IMG/VR virus record: IMGVR_UViG_3300045988_173968
DNA length: 64,000 nt
Direction: 5' to 3' (one strand)
Source of the DNA: a virus
Part shown: positions 44,133 to 53,480 of the stretch, piece after piece
How positions within the stretch are numbered: position 1 is the first letter of the stretch
Layout: every line of letters begins with the position of its first letter
Notes under the pieces: model-generated
The model's input: only the letters and a program-made list of their open reading frames with translations
Told to the model about the DNA's origin: nothing
The model's database searches: none
Translations under genes and position numbers: made by a program

Positions 44133-46550
44133 ATGGCTATTAAGAATTGGAACAATGGCAAGCCCAGCTTCAGTTATGAAGGTCATGCTAATCTGGGTGT
44201 AAACCTTAACCGCCAGAAGAATGCCCCGCTTGATATCTCTTGCGAGTATTCCTCTGTCAAGGATATGCTTTACTATGTAACAGAGGGTCGCTTCCCCGCT
44301 AATGGCACTGGTGTATCTGCCGCTGTTAAGGATATGAAGAAGTATCCCTACCTCGGTCAGGTTATTGCTCTGGTTAATCCAGAAACCGAGGAGGTTGCTC
44401 TGTATTATGTAAAGACTGCTGAGTATGATGCTACTCTCGCTACTGACGATGCCATGTTTGAGCATTATTTCGAGGCGGTCGGTCGTGCTACCCTTGGCGA
44501 CAATGTTACTATTGTTCGTAACGAGGAAACTGGTGTTCTCTCTATTAAGGGCTACGCCGCCGCAGAGACTGGTGCTCAGCTCGTAAAGACTGCAAATGGC
44601 CTTGAATGGGTTAAGCCGGACAATACAACCGTCGAAGGTTTGAATACCGCTGTTGCCGCTATTGAAAGTACCATCGGCGAGGACGACACTCAGGGTCTGC
44701 GTCTGCGCATTAAGACTAATGAGGATGACATTGGTACACTTGGTGGTAAAGTCGCAACTCTTATTGGCGAAGATGCCGGCAAGTCAGCTCGTGCCATTAG
44801 CGCCGAAGAGGTCGCCAAAATTGTCGCCGGTGCCGATAAGGACTATGACACTCTGAAGGAAATTGCGGACTATATTAACTCCGATAAGACCGGTGCTGCT
44901 CAGATGCAGACAGACATTTCTACGATTAAGTCTGACCTGAACACTGCAGAAACTGGTCTGAAAGCTCGCATGACTGCAGCTGAGGGTGAGATTGATGCTC
45001 TGCAGGAGTCAGTTGCTGGTATCCACAGTCACGACAATAAGACTGTTCTCGATGGAATTACTGCCGAGAAGGTTGCCGCGTGGGATGCTGCAGAGACTAA
45101 TGCGAAGACCTTCACTACTACCAAGATTGGGCTGACGAAGGAGGATGGCGGCGATTCCGCTACTGAAGCTCCTACCGTCAAGGCATATGTCGATGGTAAG
45201 GTTACTGCCCTGAATACTGCTATTGGTACTCAGAAAGACCGTATTGACAATCTTGGTGCTCTTGCCTCCAAGAGCGAAGTTGGCGAGACTGATCTTGCCG
45301 CCGCTCTGGCTACCAAGATCAATGGCAAAGCAGACTCCGCTACTACTCTGGCTGGTTACGGCATCGGGAATGCCTACACTAAAACTGAGGTTGATGATGC
45401 GATCACTGCGGCGAAGGAAGCTGCCGCTACCGATGCTACCACTAAGGCTAACACCGCTGAGCAGAACGCAAAGGATTATGCTGATGGTCTCGCTGGCAAT
45501 TACGATGCCAAGGGCGCTGCTGATGCAGTTCAGAAGAATGTTGATAAGGTTAACGAAGCCGTTACTACTGTTCAGGGTCAGGTAAATACCCTAAATGGCG
45601 ATGCGACCACGGTTGGCTCCGTAGCGAAAAAGATTGCTGACGCGCTTGATGGCCTTGCTCTTGGCGATACCTATGCGCCTAAGACCCATAATCATACCAT
45701 TGCTCAGGTCACTGGTCTGCAAGATGCTCTGGACGAAAAGGCTGTTGCGACTCAGGTTGCTACCGACATTACCGCCGCTAAGACTGCTGTTCTTGGTGAG
45801 GCTGACTATGCTCATACCGTAAAGGATGCCTATGAGCTCGCCAACGGTAAGGTTACTATGGCTGATGTCGAGGGGAAGGGTTATGCCGTTAAGACCGAGG
45901 TTGAGGCCAGCATCAAGGCTGTTGATGACAAGATTGGTGCCGCCAATACCGCCGCCACTAAGCTGACTGAGCGTGTTACTGCAAATGAGACTGCCATTAC
46001 TAAGCTGAACGGCACTGGCGAGGGTTCCGTCGCTAAGACTGTTGCAGACAAAATCGCAGAAGTTGTTGCAGGTGCTGACAAAGACTTTGACACCCTGAAG
46101 GAGATTGCTGATTGGATTATGAGCGACACCACTGGTGCTGCTAAGATGCAATCCGACATCAGTTCTCTGAAGACACTTGTTGGCGATACAGCTGTCGCCA
46201 CTCAGATTGATAATGCGCTGAAGGTCGATGGCGTTGACAAGTATGCTCTGGCTTCTGAGCTGAAGGCTGTCGCAGATAAGGCTCACGAGCATGCCAATAA
46301 GGCCGTTCTCGATGGCATTACCGCCGAAAAGGTAACTGCTTGGGACGCTGCCGAGACTAACGCCAAGGCTTACACCGACGAGAAGGTTGGTGCTATTCCC
46401 GCTGCTACCGCCGCGGCTCTCGGCCTCGTTAAGGTCGATGATGTTACTATCAAGGTAGCCGCTGACGGCACCATTGGTGTTAAGGCAATCAGCACCGACC
46501 TGCTGACTCAGGGCACTGATACTCTGGTGTTTAATTGCGGACACGCTTGA
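44133..46550 (+). CDS. long fibrous tail fibre protein (805 aa) with an internal duplication
   Basis: AAGGGGG RBS. Ala/Thr/Lys-rich coiled or fibrous composition. HSHDNK/HEHANK motifs. The antisense 550-aa ORF is a shadow. Confidence 0.7.
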   Translation: MAIKNWNNGKPSFSYEGHANLGVNLNRQKNAPLDISCEYSSVKDMLYYVTEGRFPANGTGVSAAVKDMKKYPYLGQVIALVNPETEEVALYYVKTAEYDATLATDDAMFEHYFEAVGRATLGDNVTIVRNEETGVLSIKGYAAAETGAQLVKTANGLEWVKPDNTTVEGLNTAVAAIESTIGEDDTQGLRLRIKTNEDDIGTLGGKVATLIGEDAGKSARAISAEEVAKIVAGADKDYDTLKEIADYINSDKTGAAQMQTDISTIKSDLNTAETGLKARMTAAEGEIDALQESVAGIHSHDNKTVLDGITAEKVAAWDAAETNAKTFTTTKIGLTKEDGGDSATEAPTVKAYVDGKVTALNTAIGTQKDRIDNLGALASKSEVGETDLAAALATKINGKADSATTLAGYGIGNAYTKTEVDDAITAAKEAAATDATTKANTAEQNAKDYADGLAGNYDAKGAADAVQKNVDKVNEAVTTVQGQVNTLNGDATTVGSVAKKIADALDGLALGDTYAPKTHNHTIAQVTGLQDALDEKAVATQVATDITAAKTAVLGEADYAHTVKDAYELANGKVTMADVEGKGYAVKTEVEASIKAVDDKIGAANTAATKLTERVTANETAITKLNGTGEGSVAKTVADKIAEVVAGADKDFDTLKEIADWIMSDTTGAAKMQSDISSLKTLVGDTAVATQIDNALKVDGVDKYALASELKAVADKAHEHANKAVLDGITAEKVTAWDAAETNAKAYTDEKVGAIPAATAAALGLVKVDDVTIKVAADGTIGVKAISTDLLTQGTDTLVFNCGHA
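44803..45113 (+). repeat. intragenic repeat module, copy 1
   Basis: Encodes AEEVAKIVAGADKDYDTLKEIADYINSDKTGAAQMQTDIS...HSHDNKTVLDGITAEKVAAWDAAETNAKTF. Coordinates approximate. Confidence 0.6.
46041..46373 (+). repeat. intragenic repeat module, copy 2
   Basis: Encodes VADKIAEVVAGADKDFDTLKEIADWIMSDTTGAAKMQSDIS...HEHANKAVLDGITAEKVTAWDAAETNAKAY. Coordinates approximate. Confidence 0.6.
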
Positions 46551-46613
46551 TATGACATTCTGGGATCGCCCATGTGGCGATCCCTCCTTATATAAAAGAA
46601 AGGATTGATTATT

Positions 46614-47714
46614 ATGGCTGAAAAGACTTTGCAGACACGGATACAGCTTAAGTATGATACTTGGGCGAACTGGAATACCGAAGCTGGCAAGGCTGTTGTA
46701 CTTAAAAAGGGCGAAATAGCTTTTGTTGAGGTTCCTTCTGCCACAGGTGATATTACTCAAACTCCTGCATTGCTTGCAAAGGTTGGCGATGGGGTTAAAA
46801 CATTTAGTGCTCTCCCCTGGCTGAAAGCTACTGCTGCAGATGTTTTCCCATGGGCCAAGGCAGAAACAAAGCCTACCTATGAAGCGTCCGAGATTTCTGG
46901 GCTTGACGCTTTTATCAAAGGACTCGCCGACAAGGATACAGACACGCAATACCAGCTTGTTGAAGTAAAAACGAACAATGTTGTCACTGGTTATAAACTG
47001 CAGAGCAAATCCAAGGGTGGCACCTTTGCTGACATTTCCGGTTCTCCTGTCATTGATGTTATGACGGAAGCGGAAGTAAACGCTCTGATTGACACTAAGC
47101 TGAACGGCAAGAACTTCGGTGATATTATCACTCATAACGCCTCTGAATTTGCCGCTACTTCTCACACGCATAAAATGGCAGATGTATCTGGCTTGCAGAC
47201 TTACATTGATGAGAAAACTGCTGGTCTGACCGGGGCCATGCACTTCGTCGGTACAGCTACTGCCAATCCTACAAGTGAGTCCGGGCCTGCCGTGACCGGC
47301 GTTACCAACTTTGCCAAAGGTGATGTTGTTGTCTGGAATAAGCAGGAGTATCTTTGTACGACTGCTGGTACCAACAAAACTGCTGTGTGGCAGCTTTTCG
47401 GTGATGAGGGTTCTTACGCTGTAAAAGGCAGTATTAAGAATGCAGATATTGCTTCCGATGCCGCTATTGATCAGAGCAAGATTAGTGGTTTATCTACTAC
47501 TCTTGGCAACAAGGTCGATAAGGTGGCCGGCAAGGGATTGAGCGCCACAGATGTCACAAAGACTATGACTGATAAGTGGGATGCTGCATATAAGCACTCT
47601 CAGACTGCTCATAACTATGCGGCTGCTTCCCATAAGCACAACCAGGCCGATATTGTTCAGGCTACTGGCGATATCCTGATTCTTGATTGTGGCAGCGCTA
47701 CTAAGAATATTTAA
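46614..47714 (+). CDS. tail fibre protein 3 (shared N-terminal module)
   Basis: ATG 46614. N-terminus LKYDTWANWNTEAGKAVVLKKGEIAFVE...KVGDGVKTFSALPW. HTH and HKH motifs. Confidence 0.65.
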   Translation: MAEKTLQTRIQLKYDTWANWNTEAGKAVVLKKGEIAFVEVPSATGDITQTPALLAKVGDGVKTFSALPWLKATAADVFPWAKAETKPTYEASEISGLDAFIKGLADKDTDTQYQLVEVKTNNVVTGYKLQSKSKGGTFADISGSPVIDVMTEAEVNALIDTKLNGKNFGDIITHNASEFAATSHTHKMADVSGLQTYIDEKTAGLTGAMHFVGTATANPTSESGPAVTGVTNFAKGDVVVWNKQEYLCTTAGTNKTAVWQLFGDEGSYAVKGSIKNADIASDAAIDQSKISGLSTTLGNKVDKVAGKGLSATDVTKTMTDKWDAAYKHSQTAHNYAAASHKHNQADIVQATGDILILDCGSATKNI

Positions 47715-47727
47715 AAATTTGCTCTTT

Positions 47728-47758
47728 GGGTCGTTGGTTAATTCCAACGGCCCTTTTT
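47728..47758 (+). terminator. intrinsic terminator
   Basis: GGGTCGTTGG-TTAATT-CCAACGGCCC followed by TTTTT. Confidence 0.65.
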
Positions 47759-47782
47759 GAGCATTGTTGAGGAGGTTTCTTA

Positions 47783-48472
47783 ATGGCTCAAAAAATTATA
47801 AATGCAAGAGCTAAAAACAAGCGCGATACAAGCGCCAATTGGACTGCCGCAGATCCCGTGTTGCTCGATGGAGAAATCATTATTGTTGATACAGCGGAAG
47901 GCGAAGTTCGCACGAAGATCGGTGATGGTACAAAGAAGTATTCCCAGCTTCCGTTCGAGGATGAAAAATTGAGAAGTCTCCTGAACAATAAGCTGGATAA
48001 AAACGGGAAAGTTGATTGGAGCAACATAGAGAATGCTCCAACAATTCCATCTAATCTTGACAATGTTGTTACATACGATGAAGGTGGTATTGTAGATGCG
48101 GCAGATCCAATCGACGCCGACACTCTCGGTGGGTATAGCGCTGCGTATTTTGCGACGAAATCATCTGTTGATGCTACAAATTCGAGCCTTTCTTCTTTGC
48201 AGACATCTGTATCCAATGCTGAATCCAGTATCACCAGCTTGCAAGAGTCCGTAGCTTCTGCACAGTCAGACATTGGCACATTGCAAACATCTGCAGAGAA
48301 TCTGTCCTCTTCCAAAGTTGACAAGGCTGGTGGCACTATGAATGGCAAGCTTATAGCTCAAAATAATGCTGATTATGCCGTTAAGCAGATGCGCAATATT
48401 TTCATTTCTACTGCTGCACCTACTGCATCTGATGGTGCCAATGGCGATATTTGGCTTAAGTATGAAGCGTGA
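47783..48472 (+). CDS. tail fibre protein 4 (shared N-terminal module)
   Basis: GAGGAGG RBS. N-terminus KNKRDTSANWTAADPVLLDGEIIIVD...KIGDGTKKYSQLPF. Confidence 0.65.
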   Translation: MAQKIINARAKNKRDTSANWTAADPVLLDGEIIIVDTAEGEVRTKIGDGTKKYSQLPFEDEKLRSLLNNKLDKNGKVDWSNIENAPTIPSNLDNVVTYDEGGIVDAADPIDADTLGGYSAAYFATKSSVDATNSSLSSLQTSVSNAESSITSLQESVASAQSDIGTLQTSAENLSSSKVDKAGGTMNGKLIAQNNADYAVKQMRNIFISTAAPTASDGANGDIWLKYEA

Positions 48473-48488
48473 AGGGAGTGGTGTTTAA

Positions 48489-50027
48489 ATGGCGACGGCT
48501 GATGCGGTTAAAGCTGTTCCTTCTGGTAAGCACATCTTGACCAATCTGCTTCCCCATAGCAGTTTTGATAATGCCGGATGGACTTCTGGGGCAAATTGTA
48601 CTGTATCTTATGATAGCACAATCAAGAAGTACGGAAATTATTCCTTAAAAGTCACAAGCACTGCTTCAAGCACTACGGAAAATTTATTCTACTCCTCTTC
48701 CCTACCATACCAGACGAAAGGCCACATTTACTACTGTAGATGCGAAATGTATCAAACTGTTGCTGGGGCGTCTTCTGGTATGCAAGCATATTGGCCAGAG
48801 GCTGAACCTTTCATGGGAACAAGTACATACGATTCCGCTAAGATAAACACATGGCAAATACAAAGCTTTAGAATTGTTCGTAGTTCATGGGCATCTGGAA
48901 ATCAAAAATTTAGATTTGATGTTGAAGCCATGAAGTCTCCAAGTTTTATTTACATTGACGGTGCAATGCTCATTGATCTTACTGCAACATACGGCTCCGG
49001 TAATGAGCCTACTCAGGCGTGGTGCGATGCAAACATTCCATATTTTAGCGGAACACTCGTAATCGGAAAGCTAAGCCCCGGAGATATTATTAACTTTGAT
49101 TATTCAGGGGCAGGAAATTTCATTGAACTTCCTGCTGGCAAATATAAACTCGAAGCATGGGGGGCTCAGGGAGGTAATTATTCATCCTATAAGGGTGGAT
49201 ATGGCGGTTATTCTGTCGGCGTTCTAAGTCTTGCTAAGAAAACACCACTTTATGTTTATTCTGGCGAGCAGGGTAGTTCCTCTGCTATAACTGGGGGATT
49301 TAATGGTGGCGGTAGCGGAAGAACATCTGGTCGCGGTGGCGGCGGTGCCTCCGATATTAGAATCGCACAAGATTCACTGTACGCTCGTGTAATCGTAGCG
49401 GGCGGCGGTGGCGGTTCCGGTGTTACATCCAGCGGTAGCGGCAAAGGTGTTGGCGGCGGTACAACCGGTCTTGGAGGCTACACGAACGAAACTACGCTTG
49501 CTGGAGGCAATCGTAGCGGCGGTGGCGGCACTCAGACAGAAGGCGGCATATCGTGGAATAACCAAAGCTCTACGAAGGGCACCTTCGGAAATGGCGGTAA
49601 CGGAACCGGATATAGCTGCGGAGGCGGCGGTGGCGGTTGGTACGGCGGTGGCGGCGCATACGACAACGACAGTGACTCTGATGGTCGTAACGGCGGCGGT
49701 GGTTCTGGTTACATCTATACAGCATCCACTGCATCAAATTACCCTTCTGGGTGTCTCTTGAACAGCTCTCATTATCTTTCTGACGCACAAACTGCGACGG
49801 GAGCAACATCGTTTCCGTCCCCTACTGGCGCTAATGAAACAGGCCATACAGGGAATGGATATGCTCGCATAACAGTAATCGAAGTTTCTCCGACCTTTTC
49901 TGCTCCAGTTAAAATTAGCGGCAACTGGAAAGTAGCTTCTGATGGTCTCGTTAAAATAAATGGTGCTTGGAAATCCGTTGAACAAGGCTTTGTAAAAATA
50001 AACGGTACCTGGAAAGAGATTTCATAA
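48489..50027 (+). CDS. receptor-binding-type fibre protein with glycine-rich domain
   Basis: 512 aa. AWGAQGGN..GGYGGYS..GGFNGGGSG..GGGGASDIRI..VAGGGGGSG matches the glycine-rich-domain pattern seen in phage fibres. Confidence 0.6.
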   Translation: MATADAVKAVPSGKHILTNLLPHSSFDNAGWTSGANCTVSYDSTIKKYGNYSLKVTSTASSTTENLFYSSSLPYQTKGHIYYCRCEMYQTVAGASSGMQAYWPEAEPFMGTSTYDSAKINTWQIQSFRIVRSSWASGNQKFRFDVEAMKSPSFIYIDGAMLIDLTATYGSGNEPTQAWCDANIPYFSGTLVIGKLSPGDIINFDYSGAGNFIELPAGKYKLEAWGAQGGNYSSYKGGYGGYSVGVLSLAKKTPLYVYSGEQGSSSAITGGFNGGGSGRTSGRGGGGASDIRIAQDSLYARVIVAGGGGGSGVTSSGSGKGVGGGTTGLGGYTNETTLAGGNRSGGGGTQTEGGISWNNQSSTKGTFGNGGNGTGYSCGGGGGGWYGGGGAYDNDSDSDGRNGGGGSGYIYTASTASNYPSGCLLNSSHYLSDAQTATGATSFPSPTGANETGHTGNGYARITVIEVSPTFSAPVKISGNWKVASDGLVKINGAWKSVEQGFVKINGTWKEIS

Positions 50028-50044
50028 TGAAAGGAGTTGTTTCA

Positions 50045-50575
50045 ATGGCAAAGAAAGCTAATTTAAAAGATCCACTTGGAAATATTTTATACCCTTATAC
50101 TTTGGTTGACAGTGTTCGTGATGAAGCTGGGAGGGTGCTTAGTTCTCTTGTATTAAGAAAAGACAATACGACAGAATTTACTCCATCTGCGGATTATCAT
50201 CCGTCAACAAAGAAATATGTGGATGAAACCGCTGCAGCTAAGCAGCCAAAAATCACATCTTCCGGCATCCTTATGGGCAATGGTTCTGGTGGAGTGTCCG
50301 CTGCTACAGCAAACACTGATTATCTTCCCGTGTCAAACGCTAACCTTAAAGGAACGCCTACCGCACCAACTGCAGCAAAGGGAACCAATACCACACAAGT
50401 TGCTACAACTGCTTTTGTCCAAAACGCTTTATCTGGCATAAGTGCCAAGGGATTTGAGTTTGGCACCACTGCTCCGACAAACACCAACCTGTTATGGATT
50501 GATACGACCAACGGAAGCATCCTCAAGTATTACAATGGGTCTGCATGGACAGCCGTAAATGCTGTATTTAAGTAA
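50045..50575 (+). CDS. fibre-associated protein (shared C-terminal module LWIDTTNGSILKYYNGSAWTAV)
   Basis: AAAGGAG RBS before ATG 50045. Confidence 0.55.
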   Translation: MAKKANLKDPLGNILYPYTLVDSVRDEAGRVLSSLVLRKDNTTEFTPSADYHPSTKKYVDETAAAKQPKITSSGILMGNGSGGVSAATANTDYLPVSNANLKGTPTAPTAAKGTNTTQVATTAFVQNALSGISAKGFEFGTTAPTNTNLLWIDTTNGSILKYYNGSAWTAVNAVFK

Positions 50576-50587
50576 GGTGGTGATGAT

Positions 50588-51082
50588 ATGTCTTTATTAA
50601 GCAAGCTCATCATCAACATCCTGACTAAGGCGCAGTTGAATGGGGCGTCTGGTGTTACAACTTCTAAAAAGGATTTGTATTATGGAAGTAATGATCAGAT
50701 CTACCTTGTTCCGCATGAGCAGGAAGCTCCAAATATTGATGTCGGCACAGTGACATCGGGTACTTCTCCCGCTGTCACTGTTTCCATATCTGGGGATAAG
50801 GCACTTCTCAACTTTGTGCTACAAAAAGGCGACAACGGTAAAGATGGAACGAATGGCACTAATGGTACAAGTGCCTATGAGGCCGCTAAAACCGGCGGCT
50901 ATACTGGCTCTGAAACAGACTTTAATTCATCATTGGCCACTGTCCCCTCCTACTCTCCTTTTGTGTACTCGAGCTCGGCTCCCTCTGATACTAAGAAGCT
51001 TTGGATTGATACAGCAAACAGTAATATTATGAAGTTCTATAATGGTACTGCTTGGACTCCCATAGGCTCTGTATTTTCTTAA
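50588..51082 (+). CDS. fibre-associated protein with short collagen-like GxT run (shared C-terminal module LWIDTANSNIMKFYNGTAWTPI)
   Basis: AAGGTGG RBS. GDNGKDGTNGTNGTS. Confidence 0.55.
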   Translation: MSLLSKLIINILTKAQLNGASGVTTSKKDLYYGSNDQIYLVPHEQEAPNIDVGTVTSGTSPAVTVSISGDKALLNFVLQKGDNGKDGTNGTNGTSAYEAAKTGGYTGSETDFNSSLATVPSYSPFVYSSSAPSDTKKLWIDTANSNIMKFYNGTAWTPIGSVFS

Positions 51083-51099
51083 GACGGGAGGAAGACGCT

Positions 51100-51390
51100 A
51101 TGGAAACGATAGACTTAATTATAAAAATTGCAGCTTTGATTACTGCGGTTGCGACTTGCTTTGCGTTGGTTAAGCAGATACATAGGGCAGTAAAGTGGGT
51201 CGAACATTTGGCTCAACAGTGTGACGAGAATGTTTTAAGCATTTTACGGCTCACTATTGTGTCTACTGAGATGCCAATGTCTGAACGCATTGCCGCCGGA
51301 GATAAGTACATTAAGCTTGGCGGTAATGGCGCTGTTAAACATTTGTATCAGAGTTTGGTTGATGAGAACGCTAAAGACGAGAAAATTTAA
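51100..51390 (+). CDS. small membrane protein, holin-like candidate
   Basis: GGGAGG RBS before ATG 51100. N-terminal TM helix IIKIAALITAVATCFALV. The function is a guess from size and topology. Confidence 0.4.
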   Translation: METIDLIIKIAALITAVATCFALVKQIHRAVKWVEHLAQQCDENVLSILRLTIVSTEMPMSERIAAGDKYIKLGGNGAVKHLYQSLVDENAKDEKI

Positions 51391-51404
51391 GAAGGAGGGA
51401 TTAT

Positions 51405-51911
51405 ATGGTTGATTTAAGCTTTTATAGCCTGCTTGTGGCTGTAAAATCGTTTGAACCTGTTACAGAAAATTTGGTTGCTGATTACTACGCACAAAGCAAT
51501 CATCTTAGTATTGACGATTTATTTATGGTGCTCGCCGATGGAAGCGATCGTTATAAAGATAAAACACTTGATGAGATCTTAGAGTATTGTTCCTCTGCAG
51601 CGAGCTCAATCTGTGCTGGCTATGGTGTTGCTGAGAGGTTTTCCCCTATTTTTAAAGCATATTTGATTCCATACGATTGTAGCACTTCTACCGACGAAGA
51701 TAGAAGTAAACTAATCTCTCTTTATGAGTCTGCTGCGTGCATCGATGTTTCAAATAATGATCCTGCGTGGTATCTTAGGGAAAATATTAGATATCGCCTG
51801 ATGAGTATTTATGTTGTTTCTTCGAACGATATTGACAAGATAAAAGAATTGCTCCCAAAGGTGAAGGCTGGTAAAGAACAGTATAGCAAATGGCTTGTAA
51901 AAGAGAGGTGA
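51405..51911 (+). CDS. hypothetical protein, helper family 1 of the Cys-ladder cassette
   Basis: AAGGAGGG RBS. 168 aa. Weak similarity to 52663-53175 (L-x-YCS....I.A..G). Confidence 0.6.
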   Translation: MVDLSFYSLLVAVKSFEPVTENLVADYYAQSNHLSIDDLFMVLADGSDRYKDKTLDEILEYCSSAASSICAGYGVAERFSPIFKAYLIPYDCSTSTDEDRSKLISLYESAACIDVSNNDPAWYLRENIRYRLMSIYVVSSNDIDKIKELLPKVKAGKEQYSKWLVKER

Positions 51912-51917
51912 GGTTAA

Positions 51918-52532
51918 GTGTCTTTAGAATCGAAAAACACAATCCTCGCTTCTGATTTCGTGTCCCTCAAAGCTCGTGTTAAAGCTGAAATGAATCGAAG
52001 ACAATATGTGGGTTCGTTGGTTTCTTATGCCGGAACTGCCTATGATTATTCAGTAATACCAATAAGTGGTGGCGTTATTTCAACTGAACATATCAATAAG
52101 CTTGTAACTCCAGTGAATGCAATCGCAGCGAGTGGATATACAGCCAAAAATTCAGGAGATATAGTTCAGGAGCTTTCGGCTTTTAGCACTAAACTTAAGG
52201 CTCATGAAAGTCAGGCGCTGTATGGAGCAACAGACTGCGCGAGTAGCTGTTCTGGGTTGTGTAGTTCTGCTTGCAGTGGCACTTGCTCCGGTTGTAGCGG
52301 TTGTTCTGGTTGCGGAGGATGTGACACAACTTGCAGCGGCTCTTGCAGCGGCGGTTGTGAAGGTTGCGGATCTGGTTGTAACGCAGGTTGTGCGCCGTCT
52401 TGTGCGGGTGGCTGCTGGAATGATGGATGTACCAGCAGTTGTACTGCAACATGCCGAACTTGCGCGGGAGTATGCGGTAACGGTTGTGGATATAATTGTG
52501 GTTCGAATTGCAGCGGGGGCAACACAAAATGA
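51918..52532 (+). CDS. Cys-ladder protein A: about 110-aa globular N-domain plus about 95-aa Cys/Gly/Ser tail with 25 Cys, mostly C-x3-C
   Basis: 204 aa. GTG start after GAGGTGAGG. Tail CASSCSGLCSSACSGTCSGCSGCSGCGGC...CGSNCSGG. The N-domain is about 60% identical by eye to 54819-55469. Confidence 0.7.
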   Translation: MSLESKNTILASDFVSLKARVKAEMNRRQYVGSLVSYAGTAYDYSVIPISGGVISTEHINKLVTPVNAIAASGYTAKNSGDIVQELSAFSTKLKAHESQALYGATDCASSCSGLCSSACSGTCSGCSGCSGCGGCDTTCSGSCSGGCEGCGSGCNAGCAPSCAGGCWNDGCTSSCTATCRTCAGVCGNGCGYNCGSNCSGGNTK

Positions 52533-52662
52533 TTCATAAATCAGAATTTAGTCCTTTGGGATAGCTTGATTTTAAAAAGAACTGAGAACCACTTCGCATA
52601 GGAACGAAAGTTATGGAATTGTTGTTGTCGCAGTGGTTGTAGTTTTAATTGGGGAGTTGTAT

Positions 52663-53175
52663 ATGTTTGGAATTTCGATGGCAAATGTATCTGTGAAAAT
52701 CGCCGAGTTAAAAGATATTGTGATTGACGAGATTCAGGAGTGTATTGATGAAGGTAATATAAAGCCAGAATATGCCCCGTATTATATCTTGGTTTATTAT
52801 TCGACTCAGAGCAAAATTTCAGAATCTCGTAGCAATCTTTTGACTTATTGTTCTAACATAGTCAATGTTATTGAAGCGGCGACAGGCATAACATATGACG
52901 ATAATTTTAAAAATGTTGTTATTGATTTCTTTATTGCTTTTAGATCCATAGAAAATATAGATATTGATAAACGGATCGAAGAGCTTGAGGGAATCATTAG
53001 CAAATACAAAAACCTCACTGTTGGTAGTATTGAATGGTTTTTGATTGAATTTATGAAAAGAGAACTCCTTGGCCGTTATGCTGGTGATGCTAAGTATTTT
53101 GAAAAGATGAAACTGTTAGTCGCCGAGTCATCACCCACAGACAATATATATAAAGAGTTCTCAAGCCAAGTATGA
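52663..53175 (+). CDS. hypothetical protein, helper family 1 paralog
   Basis: GGGGAG RBS before ATG 52663. Confidence 0.55.
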   Translation: MFGISMANVSVKIAELKDIVIDEIQECIDEGNIKPEYAPYYILVYYSTQSKISESRSNLLTYCSNIVNVIEAATGITYDDNFKNVVIDFFIAFRSIENIDIDKRIEELEGIISKYKNLTVGSIEWFLIEFMKRELLGRYAGDAKYFEKMKLLVAESSPTDNIYKEFSSQV

Positions 53176-53194
53176 TATGTATTGGAGGATTAAC

Positions 53195-53479
53195 ATGAAA
53201 GAGATTAAGGTACAATTAACAAGCAAAGAAAGCACATATATTGAGAGACTTTGGTATGAATACAATGCTTCTCTGAACATTCTGAGATTTTTGATGTCTC
53301 AGGATACCGTACTGGAACAGCATCTGCAAAAGTATTTGGATAGTTCGGAAGCAAAATACGCGGAGCTCGAGATGGCCAAGGATAGTGTCAGTAAGGCACA
53401 TAAGCCCGAGGAGATTACTGGAGAATATGATTATCGATTCGACTTTGACGAAGAATGCTTAATTTACAAGGAGAAATAA
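53195..53479 (+). CDS. small helical hypothetical protein
   Basis: GGAGG RBS before ATG 53195. 94 aa. Confidence 0.55.
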   Translation: MKEIKVQLTSKESTYIERLWYEYNASLNILRFLMSQDTVLEQHLQKYLDSSEAKYAELEMAKDSVSKAHKPEEITGEYDYRFDFDEECLIYKEK

Positions 53480-53480
53480 G

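Noticed and set aside
45591-47243. 550-aa minus-strand ORF antisense to the fibre genes. Similar cases are 36262-37083 and 40376-41338, antisense to the capsid and tube genes.
   Set aside because: These are shadow ORFs produced by the codon bias (GCT, GGT, ACT) of highly expressed structural genes. They have no RBS and no operon context.
52195-52539. Four alternative-frame or antisense ORFs over the first Cys-ladder tail, and 55078-55476 over the second.
   Set aside because: These are artefacts of the TGC/GGC/AGC periodic repeat. The frame continuous with the conserved N-domain and RBS was preferred.
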